Shown here: positions 8,804 to 18,377 of the stretch, piece by piece
Layout of the letters: each line of letters opens with the position of its first letter
Numbering within the stretch: the first letter of the stretch is position 1
Assembly (NCBI GenBank): GCA_963752255.1
Contig: CAVVXT010000019.1
Span: 465,686 to 529,685, forward strand
Source of the DNA: Nitrososphaeria archaeon
GTDB lineage: Archaea > Thermoproteota > Nitrososphaeria > JACIWG01
DNA length: 64,000 bases
Direction: 5' to 3'
Position numbers and translations under genes: made by a program
Notes under the pieces: model-generated
Databases searched by the model: none
The model's input: only the letters and a program-made list of their open reading frames with translations
What the model was told of the DNA's origin: nothing

Positions 8804-9295
8804 TCAGCTAAGGTCCTTTATCTTTTCTATCACGTCTACCCAATTTCTAACATCTTCACCATACTTTAGATAGTTGACATAACCTACAGCTTCCCTGATT
8901 TCAGTAAGATATGTATCGTTATCATCTATGAACAAAATTTCTCTTGGCAGGATGCTGATCCCTTTCCGGCCTAAGTTCATAATTATCTTTTGCACCATAA
9001 GGTACTTGTTTGGATGGGGCTCAGCAATAGGGCACACGAAATATTTATCCACATCATATAAAGAAAAAAGTTCAAAGACATTTTCTGGCTCGTTCCAACT
9101 TGCTAAAGATAAGAAAATTTTATTTTCGCTAACAAAGTCCAAGAAAGCCCTAAAACCTTGATGCAATTCAACCCTTGACCCATTCACATCTTGAGCGACA
9201 TCTCGTGATATTAGCTTAATTGGGGCTATCAACGAGCTAACGCTATGATGAGTCCATATCGTCCTGTCGGCATCGATAATGACGAGCTTTATCAT
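8804..9295 (-). CDS. HAD-superfamily phosphatase, MDP-1 (magnesium-dependent phosphatase-1) like
   Basis: 163 aa; VIIDADRTIW (DxDxT motif I followed by W as in MDP-1 family), FIDDN motif IV-like. Confidence 0.55.
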   Translation of the reverse strand: MIKLVIIDADRTIWTHHSVSSLIAPIKLISRDVAQDVNGSRVELHQGFRAFLDFVSENKIFLSLASWNEPENVFELFSLYDVDKYFVCPIAEPHPNKYLMVQKIIMNLGRKGISILPREILFIDDNDTYLTEIREAVGYVNYLKYGEDVRNWVDVIEKIKDLS

Positions 9296-9400
9296 TTCAC
9301 ACCCTTACGATTTTATCTGACTTAAATCTTGTCAAAGATCCGATAAGAATTATATACACCCCATCTAGATGTAGATACTTTCATAAGAAAGGGACACAAA

Positions 9401-10108
9401 ATGAACGAGAACCATATAAAAGCTGTAATGTTCGACTTTGGTGATACTTTAGCATATGGACTAAAAGAAGACTATGTAACCTACCACCTTATCTTCGAAG
9501 AGCTTGGATATGTGACTGAATTATCGGAGTTCAAAAAAAGATATGATGAAGCCTTGGAATGGATGCTGGTAGAAAGAAAAAAAGGCAGAATATGGACCGA
9601 AGAAACAAGAGCGGACTTTGTCAACAGGATATTAACGAGCCTGAAGTTACCATCGCCAAGCAGAGTTATTTCAAAAATGATAGAAATATTTCCATACAGG
9701 GTCCAGTTAAAAGCATTTGAAGATGTAGAACCAACTTTATCTCAACTAAGACATAGAAAATTTAAGCTCGTTATCTGTTCAAACGTATCATCGGAGAGAA
9801 ATCTGAGAATTTTCCTTAAGTCAGTAAATTTGGAATCTTACTTTGACATAATTGTGGCCTCAGGAACAGTGGGGTACGAGAAGCCAGATCCAGAGATTTT
9901 CAAAATAGCCTCAAAACTATCCAATACACGACCTGAAAAGATGATTCACATAGGAGACTTATATGAATACGATTACGTTGGTGCTGAATCCGCGGGGATG
10001 CAAGCCCTCCTGATAGATAGAAATGAAAAGTATAAAGGTAAAAAAATCAATGTGATCTATAAACTGGATGATGTATTCGATTACATTTCAAATGGACTAA
10101 AAGCCTAG
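9401..10108 (+). CDS. HAD-like hydrolase (motif I variant DFGDT)
   Basis: 235 aa; VMFDFGDTLAYG, ICSNVS (motif II), GYEKPDPEIF (motif III K), HIGDL (motif IV). Confidence 0.6.
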   Translation: MNENHIKAVMFDFGDTLAYGLKEDYVTYHLIFEELGYVTELSEFKKRYDEALEWMLVERKKGRIWTEETRADFVNRILTSLKLPSPSRVISKMIEIFPYRVQLKAFEDVEPTLSQLRHRKFKLVICSNVSSERNLRIFLKSVNLESYFDIIVASGTVGYEKPDPEIFKIASKLSNTRPEKMIHIGDLYEYDYVGAESAGMQALLIDRNEKYKGKKINVIYKLDDVFDYISNGLKA

Positions 10109-10735
10109 ACTTTCCCCTACGATCACAACATGATAGTCTGTAAAAGACGGCCTTCCTTCAAGTATTAAAGTAGCTTTACATATGCTTTTCTCCGGAGGAC
10201 ATTCGGAACAGAAACCGTCAGTTACACAGGGAGTATCCCTGTTAAACCGCTTAGCATTCATGGGAGCGGCCACGTTCTTAATCCTCCAAATAGCCGCCTC
10301 TAAATCTTTCACTATCTTGTTCACACCTACTACTATTATTGTCCTCTTAGGTCCGAAGCTCATCGCAGCAACCCTATTGCCACCGCCATCGATATTCACC
10401 AATTTACCATCTATTGTTACAGCATTAGCGCTGGCTAAGAGCACGTCAGAAGTTAGGGTTTCCCGTCTTGTTTCAAAGGTAGACTTGGAACTAGGTGCGT
10501 CATGAATGAGTACTGAGAATCCCTTTTTAGAGAGAAGCGCAGGTAGTTCGAGTTCACGGATTGTCAAGGAACCAGCAGTTGCAACCTTTGCGCCTTCAGG
10601 TATAAGCTCTAAAACCTTCTTAATGGCTTCTTCCCTCGTCTTTGTGTAATATGCGTTGAAACCGTTATCCTTCAAAGAGCTGACAACCCTATTAGCAACA
10701 GCTTCTTTATGCCATTCCTTTATGTTCTCTAACAT
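10097..10735 (-). CDS. LUD-domain protein (LutC/YkgG-like, DUF162)
   Basis: 212 aa; IIVVGVNKIV and C-terminal Cys cluster PCVTDGFCSECPPEKSIC typical of LUD-domain proteins. Confidence 0.5.
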   Translation of the reverse strand: MLENIKEWHKEAVANRVVSSLKDNGFNAYYTKTREEAIKKVLELIPEGAKVATAGSLTIRELELPALLSKKGFSVLIHDAPSSKSTFETRRETLTSDVLLASANAVTIDGKLVNIDGGGNRVAAMSFGPKRTIIVVGVNKIVKDLEAAIWRIKNVAAPMNAKRFNRDTPCVTDGFCSECPPEKSICKATLILEGRPSFTDYHVVIVGESLGF

Positions 10736-10858
10736 ACATTTTGGGAGAATATCAGGATTTTTAAGTTTTTAGAAAAAAACATCTTCTTTTTTTACCATAC
10801 CTAAAACCAATCGACAGGTCATGTCAAATCAAATTGCAAAACTGAATATCTTTGTAAT

Positions 10859-11005
10859 CGCGTTCCCTTCCGCTTTACATTCTTAAATATAATTGTAGAA
10901 TTTAGTATCAGAGAAGAAATCGACCATTTCTTAAACTGCATCGTAGAAGACAGACAACCTTCAGTTGCAGGTGAGCAAGCAATAGCTGCCTTGAAGTTAC
11001 CCTAG
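10859..11005 (+). pseudogene. C-terminal remnant of a Gfo/Idh/MocA-family oxidoreductase
   Basis: Own translation: ...FSIREEIDHFLNCIVEDRQPSVAGEQAIAALKLP* resembles the Gfo/Idh/MocA C-terminal segment; no matching N-terminal coding sequence in the 120 bp upstream. Confidence 0.3.
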
Positions 11006-11260
11006 CTGCAGATCTATTGTAAGGTACAGGCAAACACGTTTTGATATCATGAGTGAGTTCTTTTCTATCATCAATTCTTTGAGGGATTGCAATGCAAATC
11101 ATCTTAATATCTTTAAACATAAAGATACTTAAAAAAAGAATATGAAGCCAAGAAGTAGAATCTTTGAAGCACTAATGAGGGAGGACCTGACTGCGTAGAT
11201 ACCGACTAGATGTTGCGACATTGAACGGAGGTCTCCACCAATTGGATTAAAGAGTTAGAT

Positions 11261-12265
11261 TCATCTATTTCTTCTATTCTTAATCGCGTCAGGATTAAGA
11301 GTAAACTTTGGTATTTCCCCATTCAGCGCTTGTTCTATCTGTTCTTCCGTCAACACATCACTTCTGATGAAATTATCAATACTTGATGATGCAATATGTG
11401 GTGTGATTATGACATTATCGAGTTTGAACAGTGGATTATCATCTTCGGGAGGCTCCTTTTCCAAGACATCTAATCCTGCAGCAGCTATCCATTTTTCCTT
11501 TAAGGCTTTGTAGAGTGCTAGTTCATCAATTATAGGTCCTCTTGCGGCGTTGATTAGAATAGCATTCTTCTTCATTTTTTTCAACTGTTTTTCCCCGATC
11601 ATGTGCTTTGTTTCATCATTGAGGAAAGTATGTATGGTGACTATGTCTGATGTCTTAAGCAGTTCCTCAAAACCTACCATTTCAACTCCAAGCTGTTTCA
11701 TTTTTTCCTCCTTTACATATGGATCATATGCGATAATCTTCATGTCGAGGCCTGAACATATTTTTGCGACCTTCGAGCCTATTGACCCTAGACCTATGAT
11801 TCCAAGAGTTTTTCCATGAAGTTCGAAGGTATTTTTATCTGAGACATACTTTAACGCTATCTTTGACCATGTTTTCGGCTTTGTGGATCTTACAGCGTCT
11901 ACAAGCCCTCTGGCAAGTGCGAAGATCAAGGCCACCGTATGTTCTGCTACCGTTTCCGAATTCAAACCAGTTTGATTAGTAACAAAGATACCAAACTTTG
12001 TGGCCTCAGCCATATCTACCATATCGTAGCCAACACCATATCTTGCTATTATCTTAAGATTCTTTGCAGCCACAAAGATTTCTTTTGTATAACGTTCTCC
12101 ACCTGCTATTACGGCATCTACATCTTTGATCTCTTTGATCAATTGATCTCTTGTCATATTACCTTTGTAAGGATTAGATCTTATCTCGTACTTCTTTCTG
12201 AACTTTTCTGAAAGATGAGTACCAAGGATGCCAGTTAAAGCATTTAAAATGACAGGTTTAGTCAT
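11261..12265 (-). CDS. D-isomer-specific 2-hydroxyacid dehydrogenase (PGDH/glyoxylate reductase family)
   Basis: 334 aa; NAD-binding GKTLGIIGLGSIGSKVAKI, catalytic region AARGPIIDE...ITPHIAS. Confidence 0.8.
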   Translation of the reverse strand: MTKPVILNALTGILGTHLSEKFRKKYEIRSNPYKGNMTRDQLIKEIKDVDAVIAGGERYTKEIFVAAKNLKIIARYGVGYDMVDMAEATKFGIFVTNQTGLNSETVAEHTVALIFALARGLVDAVRSTKPKTWSKIALKYVSDKNTFELHGKTLGIIGLGSIGSKVAKICSGLDMKIIAYDPYVKEEKMKQLGVEMVGFEELLKTSDIVTIHTFLNDETKHMIGEKQLKKMKKNAILINAARGPIIDELALYKALKEKWIAAAGLDVLEKEPPEDDNPLFKLDNVIITPHIASSSIDNFIRSDVLTEEQIEQALNGEIPKFTLNPDAIKNRRNR

Positions 12266-12538
12266 AACAATTAGTTGGATGAGACTTGATTTTAAGCCTT
12301 TCCAACTAATATACTTGTTAGGTTAAATATAAAAATTGGATAGTAAATCAAGCATACGCTTAAGGTGAGTCTAATTAATTCTTCTAGAGAGATTAGCTCG
12401 GCGTTTTATTAGAAATCACTTGCCTAACCCAAAATGCCTCTAATTGCTGTTTCTCTTGAGTTCATTATACTATAGTATTCTTTCTATCATGTACATCCCC
12501 TTTTATATTAGTTCTGTAATCTGGGTAGATGGATAAGT

Positions 12539-13296
12539 ATGGTCAAGAAGAGAGTTTTGGTGACTGGCCTAAGTGGGGTTATCGGAGGCGCTGTACTCAA
12601 GCACCTAGGCGATAAGTACGACCTCTCAGCACTGAACCGCCGCGATGTCCCCGGAGTCCCATGCTCACAGAGCCGACATTGCGGACTTGAACGCCATTAG
12701 ACCAGCATTTGAAGGTAAAGACGTGGTAGTGCACCTAGGCAGCAGTCTTAGGGGGCGCATCTTGGGAAGACATATTGCACACTAATATCGTCGGTTGCTA
12801 TAACGTGTTCGAAGCATCCCGATTGGCAGGTGTGAAACGCATCATCTTCGCATCCAGTGGTGCAGTAGTCATGGGATACGAGAAAGACTTCCCATACGAC
12901 GCTATCATAAAGGGAGAATATGACAAGGTGCCGCCAGACTGGCCAATGTTGACCGCGGAATCGCAGGTACGTCCCAACGACCTATACGGTGCCAGCAAGG
13001 TATGGGGTGAAGCCATCGGTCGCTACTACAGCGAAGTGTTCGGCATTTCGGTTATCTGCCTACGATTCGGTCGGGTCAAGGCGGATGACAAGCCTACAAC
13101 TCCACGGGACTTCGTAGTATGGTGCAGTCTAAGGAATGCCGCCCAAATGGTGGACAAATGTATCGCCGCACCAGAAGACCTCCGCTTCGACATCCTTTAT
13201 GTTGTTTCAAATAATCGTTGGAGACACCGGGACATAGAACATGCCCGTAAGGTGGTGGGATACTACCCTCTGGACGGCGCCGGCTCTTACGGCTAG
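12539..13296 (+). pseudogene. NAD-dependent epimerase/dehydratase (extended SDR) disrupted by two +1 frameshifts
   Basis: Frame 1 from ATG 12539: MVKKRVLVTGLSGVIGGAVLKHLGDKYDL... stops at 12698. Frame 2 carries ADIADLNAIRPAFEGKDVVVHLGSSLRG. Frame 3 (ORF 12775..13296) carries HTNIVGCYNVFEAS...YGASK (catalytic YxxxK). The shifts map to CCCC (12649-12652) and GGGGG (12751-12755) runs; removing one nt from each restores a continuous ~250-aa reading frame. Confidence 0.6.
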
Positions 13297-13410
13297 CGTC
13301 GTGTCGATCAATAGATCCAGCGGGACACAGCAACCTCATGGAATATAAGGCTAAGATCAAAAAAAATTTAAGTCATACCTGAATAAAGTATTGTAGCGGT
13401 TTGATTTAAG

Positions 13411-14055
13411 ATGAAAATTTCTATTAAATATTTAGGGCATGCGAGCTTTGAAATAAAGGCCGGGGATAAGACGATCTACATCGATCCCTACGAAGGAGAA
13501 TATAAGGATAAAGCGGACCTAATATTGATTTCTCACTCCCATGATGACCATTGCCAGCCATCGAAGATAAAGGATATCCGAAAAGAGGACACCTCAGTTA
13601 TCGCCCCTGCCGATTGCGCCTTAAAGGTAGGTGGAAACGTAAAGTCCCTTAAAGCTGGAGAAAAGAGTTCTTTCGGAGATGTTACGGTGGAAGCCGTCGC
13701 AGCATACAACTACAAAAGGTTTAGGTCTCCTGGTAACCCATTCCATCCAAAAGGCTTCGGGGTAGGATATCTGGTAACAGTAGGGAACAAGACGATCTAT
13801 CACGCGGGGGACACAGACTTCATTCCGGAGATGAAGAACCTTAGGAACATCTATCTAGCGCTACTTCCTAGCGGCGGAACCTACACCATGGACAACCCTG
13901 AGGCCGCAGAGGCTGCGTTGGCGATCAGACCAGAATTTGTCATCCCGATGCATAGGTGGAAGACGGATCCCAACGAGTTTAAGAAGGATGTAGAAGCAAA
14001 ATCCAAAATCAAAGTAATTATACTTAAACCTGGAGAAGAATTTAAAGCTGAATGA
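13411..14055 (+). CDS. MBL-fold metallo-hydrolase
   Basis: 214 aa; HSHDDH (HxHxDH) and downstream His/Asp ligands. Confidence 0.75.
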   Translation: MKISIKYLGHASFEIKAGDKTIYIDPYEGEYKDKADLILISHSHDDHCQPSKIKDIRKEDTSVIAPADCALKVGGNVKSLKAGEKSSFGDVTVEAVAAYNYKRFRSPGNPFHPKGFGVGYLVTVGNKTIYHAGDTDFIPEMKNLRNIYLALLPSGGTYTMDNPEAAEAALAIRPEFVIPMHRWKTDPNEFKKDVEAKSKIKVIILKPGEEFKAE

Positions 14056-14105
14056 AACCTTTTTTCCCAGTAAGAATTTTGCGACAGCGGGAGTGTCTTT
14101 AGACT

Positions 14106-15260
14106 ATGACGCGTCGCAATTCATCCTTGCTGATCCTCTATGTAGCGAGTGGAGGGCTTCAGACATCATTGAACATAGCCTTCCTGACCCTACCGATTTA
14201 CGCTTTGGCAGTTTCAGCCTCACCATTCGAGATTGGGCTGATGGGCGCTGTCGGGGGTTTGGCGTACTCACTTATGGCACGACTCACGGGTGTCCTCTCC
14301 AACAGATACTCGAAAAGGAACTTCATCACCATAGGTGCGGCTGTTCAAGCCGTTGTTTCATTGGCCTACCCGTTTTGCGGTAACATTTCGCAGCTAATTC
14401 CCCTTAGGATAGCCCAGAGTTTGGGTCTAGCTCTCTTCTGGCCTGCAATAGAGGCCATGATCGTTGAGAGCGCTCAGAAAAATAAGGTGGATCGGGCTTT
14501 GGTGGGATACAATGTCTCCTGGGGAGCAGCTAGTATGGTAGGCTCACCGTTTGCGGGTTTTCTGATAACCGCCTTCTTTCTGACCCTCCCCTTCTACGTC
14601 TCCTCAGCCCTCGCCCTTCTGGTCTCGGTGATGCTTTTGGTTCTACGGAAGAGAACTGGTGATGACCCGCCACCGATGCAGTCGAAGGTGGACGTCGCCA
14701 CGGATAGGCCGAGTCGCTTTGTGCTGTTCCTGCCTATGGTCGCCGCCTTCGGCTACTCCTTCAACAGCGGAATCGTGAACACCCTCTTCCCAGTGTCCGC
14801 AACTCGTCTAAGTGTTCCCGCCTTCCAGATCGGCCTCCTATTCTTCCTCTCGAGCCTAGTTCAGACCCTTGTCTTCATCTTTTCGGGGAAACTGATCCGG
14901 AGATTCGGGAAGACGTCCTTCCTGATTGGCGCGGCAGCCTTCACCGTCTCCTTTGCCCTTATGGCGTTTGCTAAGGATGCCTTGGCCTTTGCACCATCTT
15001 TTATGGGATTGGGACTGGGGCAGGGAATCCTCTACTCTTCATCACTCTATTACCTGATGACGGAGAGCGAGAAGAACAGGGGTCAGGTAACCGGAAACTT
15101 TGAAAGCACCCTCGGCTTGGCCTCTTTCCTAGGCCCTTTTGTGGGCGGAGTGGTCGCTCAGTTCGGCCCTTCATACCCTTATGTGGCTGGAGCCGTAGTG
15201 AGTTTTATTATCCTAGTTGTGCAGATATTCTTCAGGATGAGGCCCTTAGGAAAGGGTTAG
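14106..15260 (+). CDS. MFS transporter
   Basis: 384 aa; 12 predicted TM segments; MFS-like loop motif between TM2-3. Confidence 0.7.
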   Translation: MTRRNSSLLILYVASGGLQTSLNIAFLTLPIYALAVSASPFEIGLMGAVGGLAYSLMARLTGVLSNRYSKRNFITIGAAVQAVVSLAYPFCGNISQLIPLRIAQSLGLALFWPAIEAMIVESAQKNKVDRALVGYNVSWGAASMVGSPFAGFLITAFFLTLPFYVSSALALLVSVMLLVLRKRTGDDPPPMQSKVDVATDRPSRFVLFLPMVAAFGYSFNSGIVNTLFPVSATRLSVPAFQIGLLFFLSSLVQTLVFIFSGKLIRRFGKTSFLIGAAAFTVSFALMAFAKDALAFAPSFMGLGLGQGILYSSSLYYLMTESEKNRGQVTGNFESTLGLASFLGPFVGGVVAQFGPSYPYVAGAVVSFIILVVQIFFRMRPLGKG

Positions 15261-15436
15261 GATAAATGGAAAATATATTGTTGGCAAAGAAAATTCATAT
15301 ATGCTTACCAATATTAAGTAGATACAAGTTCAGGCAAGCAAATGGACCTGGGGGGACTTATACCCAAAAGGGTTTAAGTCCTATATTAAATTACATGCCC
15401 GCTGGTCAACGTGGATTACACAATGCTGGCAACCTA

Positions 15437-16240
15437 CTATGTTCCTGACTTTTCCTTCTTCAGCCAAGACACTATTCTGTCTGCCAACTGATTTCTGACA
15501 TTCTTAAATGAGTGGTCTGTGTCAAAGATTTCTATTTGAACTTGCTTAGCTCCATGCCTCTGCAAGGCTCTGAAGAGAGGCAATATGTGATGTTCTATGG
15601 TGTTCTCTTGGTCACGCCACCCACCGATTATAAGAATATCCTTGCAAGATAGTGCCTGAGCATGTTTGACCAAATCGTATTTGTCCATGTCTGCAAATAC
15701 TTCAGCAAACAATTCTTCAGCTTTCGAAGCTCTGAAACCTGAATCGGATATGCCTTGGTCTACCATCTTCAAAACCGCTCGCCTAAACTCATCACTCTCT
15801 TGCATCATCCTTCCCACTTCGCTTAGGTTGCCTCCAGCAATGTAAACCACTCTTCTCACGGCGGCATCATTCAATGAGCCTAATAGAGCCATTCCGCCAC
15901 CAAAACTATATCCAATGATTGTAATACTTGAGGGGTCAACATCAAACTCTCGAACAGCAACGCTGGAAGTCGCATAGCATATAGCTGAGATTACATCCTC
16001 CAGGGAGTTAGCAGTTGTATGTAGTCCTTCGCTTCCCCACGTGCCTCGGTAGTTGAAGGCAAGAGCATTAAAACCTTTTTTCACCAATCTCTTGCCAAGT
16101 CCAAGCACGTCTGCGTTGTTTCCTGGAAAACCATGACAGAGGACAACTGTTGGCAACGGTCCTACTCCAGAGGCTTTGTAGAAGAACCCATAAATATTCG
16201 TGCCTTTACCCTCAAATACAACTGGAACTGGCTTAATCAT
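15437..16240 (-). CDS. Alpha/beta-hydrolase (dienelactone hydrolase/esterase-like)
   Basis: 267 aa; CHGFPG oxyanion region, nucleophile elbow GYSFGG, C-terminal DH. Confidence 0.65.
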   Translation of the reverse strand: MIKPVPVVFEGKGTNIYGFFYKASGVGPLPTVVLCHGFPGNNADVLGLGKRLVKKGFNALAFNYRGTWGSEGLHTTANSLEDVISAICYATSSVAVREFDVDPSSITIIGYSFGGGMALLGSLNDAAVRRVVYIAGGNLSEVGRMMQESDEFRRAVLKMVDQGISDSGFRASKAEELFAEVFADMDKYDLVKHAQALSCKDILIIGGWRDQENTIEHHILPLFRALQRHGAKQVQIEIFDTDHSFKNVRNQLADRIVSWLKKEKSGT

Positions 16241-16313
16241 CTGCCATCACACAACTATATCCAACACAAAGAGATAAATACAGGGAGGTGACAATAATCA
16301 CAAGTGAATTATA

Positions 16314-16589
16314 ATGCCTAAGTTCTTAGCCGTTCACCCGTTCCCAAAACCTGTACCCGTTAAAGAAGGCACTCCTTTAGCAAAGAAAGTTAAGGCCAAC
16401 TCTACACTTGATGCCTACTGGGTAAGAAGCTGGGCCCAACTAAATGAAAAGGGCGATGTAGTCAAGCTATTCTGTGAATGGAACGCCAAAGATATGGCTG
16501 CTATCCACAAAGTGATTGCCAAGATTCCAGAGCTGCCTACAGAAGGCGTCTATCCATTAGCGATATTAGACTGCGAAGATTACAGGTAA
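16314..16589 (+). CDS. DUF4242-like small protein
   Basis: 91 aa; pattern M.KFL.VH...(V)...AYW...KG....FCEW.A.D..A.H.V matches DUF4242 family layout. Confidence 0.4.
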   Translation: MPKFLAVHPFPKPVPVKEGTPLAKKVKANSTLDAYWVRSWAQLNEKGDVVKLFCEWNAKDMAAIHKVIAKIPELPTEGVYPLAILDCEDYR

Positions 16590-16604
16590 ATTTAAAAACT
16601 CCCC

Positions 16605-16662
16605 CTCTTTTTTTTCTTCGTATAAAGTTTTTGTGTCAATATATGTTTTTTTCTTTTTTTGA
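16605..16662 (+). terminator. Oligo-T tracts downstream of DUF4242 gene (candidate archaeal terminator)
   Basis: ccccctcttttttttcttcg ... tttttttctttttttgag immediately after stop codon. Confidence 0.3.
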
Positions 16663-16897
16663 GTAGTGAGAGGGTATTAACACAAATATTTGGGCTCAAA
16701 CACTACTTAAACAAACATTAAATCTCTATTTAACTGGTGAATAAGGGCTCCTTTATATAGTAGGACTCCATCTTATATTCGATAGCGATGCGTCTTAGTA
16801 GATTTGTTACTAACATGGAAGGATATCTGATTAAGAGCAAAGGCTATCAAAGCCGACTTCTAAATTTCAGAAACAGCTAACTAATCTTAATCTGGTC

Positions 16898-17229
16898 CAC
16901 GATATTCATGTGAATTAAAGTTGTTTTAACTAATATTTGTCATCTTTGGTACAATGACCATCACTTTTTTAATTGGAGTAATTAATCCGGTAGCAAGCGT
17001 TTTTGCTGAGTTCGCCATTATGATGCTCTTATTTCCCTGCATATTTCGACGCAATGAATTAAGGGCAGATATGGAAGGAGCAAAAGCCTTTACTCCAGAG
17101 GCTCTAATCGCAGTCTTTGAAAGTCTAAAAAACATGTACAGAAAAGATGAAGGCTCAGACACTCATCCACCTCTACAAGAGAGAATCAACCGATTAATGC
17201 ACCTTTTAGACTCAGATAATCGAAGCTAA
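16898..17229 (+). pseudogene. Remnant of an M48 (HtpX-like) Zn-metalloprotease gene
   Basis: ORF 16954..17229 encodes only the M48 C-terminal block (RRNELRADMEGAKAFTPEALIAVFESL ... THPPLQERINRL). Upstream same-strand text reads VHDIHVN* (degenerate HExxH, E to D) followed by a stop. No intact N-terminal TM/HExxH region present. Confidence 0.45.
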
Positions 17230-17491
17230 TATAATTATGTAACAATAACAGAAGGTGGGAATCCTGTTATAATAACTCCAACTCAGGCAGACAGGTGGTT
17301 TAAACCCTCTTTAAACCCTTAACCAGCACTATTCTGCAGTTAACACCCTGGTGCCGAGGCCTTAAACTGGTTTAGGTAATACCAACAATCAAGCTGGCTC
17401 AGTTATTTAGATGTCTCACGACAAGTCTTGATTCATTCGAAATAGTTAACCTTTTAAATGCAAACAAAGTATTTACAAATAGGTAAGCGCT

Positions 17492-18046
17492 ATGGATTTA
17501 TTCGAAGTCATTGATAAAAGAAGGAGCATACGCAAGTTCAAGAATGAACCTGTAGCTACAGAGCATTTGAGAAAGATTTTGGAAGCTGGACGTTTAGCAC
17601 CATCAGGTGGCAACCGTCAACCATGGTATTTCATAGCAGTCAGAGATTTAGAGACAAAGAAGGCGGTATCAGCTTCAAGCAAGTCGGAGAGGAATCAAAA
17701 GCTCCTTTCCAGTGCAGATACGATAATTGTATTGGTAAGTAACCCAGAATTGGAGAAAGAACATAGGTCTCCGTTTGTTTGCTCAGAAAGATCTTGGTAC
17801 AAACAGGATCCGATGTTAGCTGGAGAACATATGGTTCTAGCTGCGACTGCACTTGGGTATGGGACGTGTTGGATCGCAGGTTTTAATGATTTTGAAGTTA
17901 AGAAGATTTTAAAGATTCCTGAAAATCTAGCAGTTATCGCGCTAATTGCCATTGGTATCTCAAATGAGAGCCCACCCCCAAGAGCTTTAAAAGCATTCAA
18001 GGAAACTTTCTTTAAAGACTCCTTTGGAATCCCATTAGAACTATAA
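17492..18046 (+). CDS. Nitroreductase-family FMN oxidoreductase
   Basis: 184 aa; KRRSIRKF...P..E.L..ILEAGRLAPSGGNRQPW signature. Confidence 0.8.
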   Translation: MDLFEVIDKRRSIRKFKNEPVATEHLRKILEAGRLAPSGGNRQPWYFIAVRDLETKKAVSASSKSERNQKLLSSADTIIVLVSNPELEKEHRSPFVCSERSWYKQDPMLAGEHMVLAATALGYGTCWIAGFNDFEVKKILKIPENLAVIALIAIGISNESPPPRALKAFKETFFKDSFGIPLEL

Positions 18047-18377
18047 TTGGAAAATTATCATAGGTTCTTTATTCTTAATGTGTTGGCAGCCTTATTATGG
18101 CTTCATCCGTTGGCAGTTCTCTCACGTATTCCCACCCCTGCAGTATCCAGTTTCTAACCTCATTAGTAGGAACAATTTTTTGACGAGAATTGCCATTTAG
18201 TCCGAGTGCCTGCATTGATTTCTTGTTGAATAGTTCTTGTAACTGCTTTGGTGAAAACTTCCATATTCGCACCCTTCAAAGTTCAAAGGAGAATTAACCT
18301 TGAGGACATAAATTCTGCTTTCAGGCATATTAACTCGTTTCAGTAATAACTTTTCCATATACCAAATTTAGGGTTTA

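Noticed and set aside
10908-11120. 70-aa minus-strand ORF in the 10.7-11.3 kb gap
   Set aside because: Antisense to the Gfo/Idh/MocA remnant; Arg/Leu-rich; likely spurious.
12266-12320. 10-bp perfect inverted repeat attagttgga...tccaactaat upstream of the 2-hydroxyacid dehydrogenase gene
   Set aside because: Short isolated hairpin in a 5' leader; no evidence beyond chance/local regulation.
16700-17490. Searched AT-rich gaps for additional tRNAs, RNase P/SRP RNA or C/D-box sRNAs
   Set aside because: No cloverleaf, no conserved T-loop words beyond the three sites reported, no convincing C (RUGAUGA)/D (CUGA) box pairs by eye; cannot exclude without covariance models.
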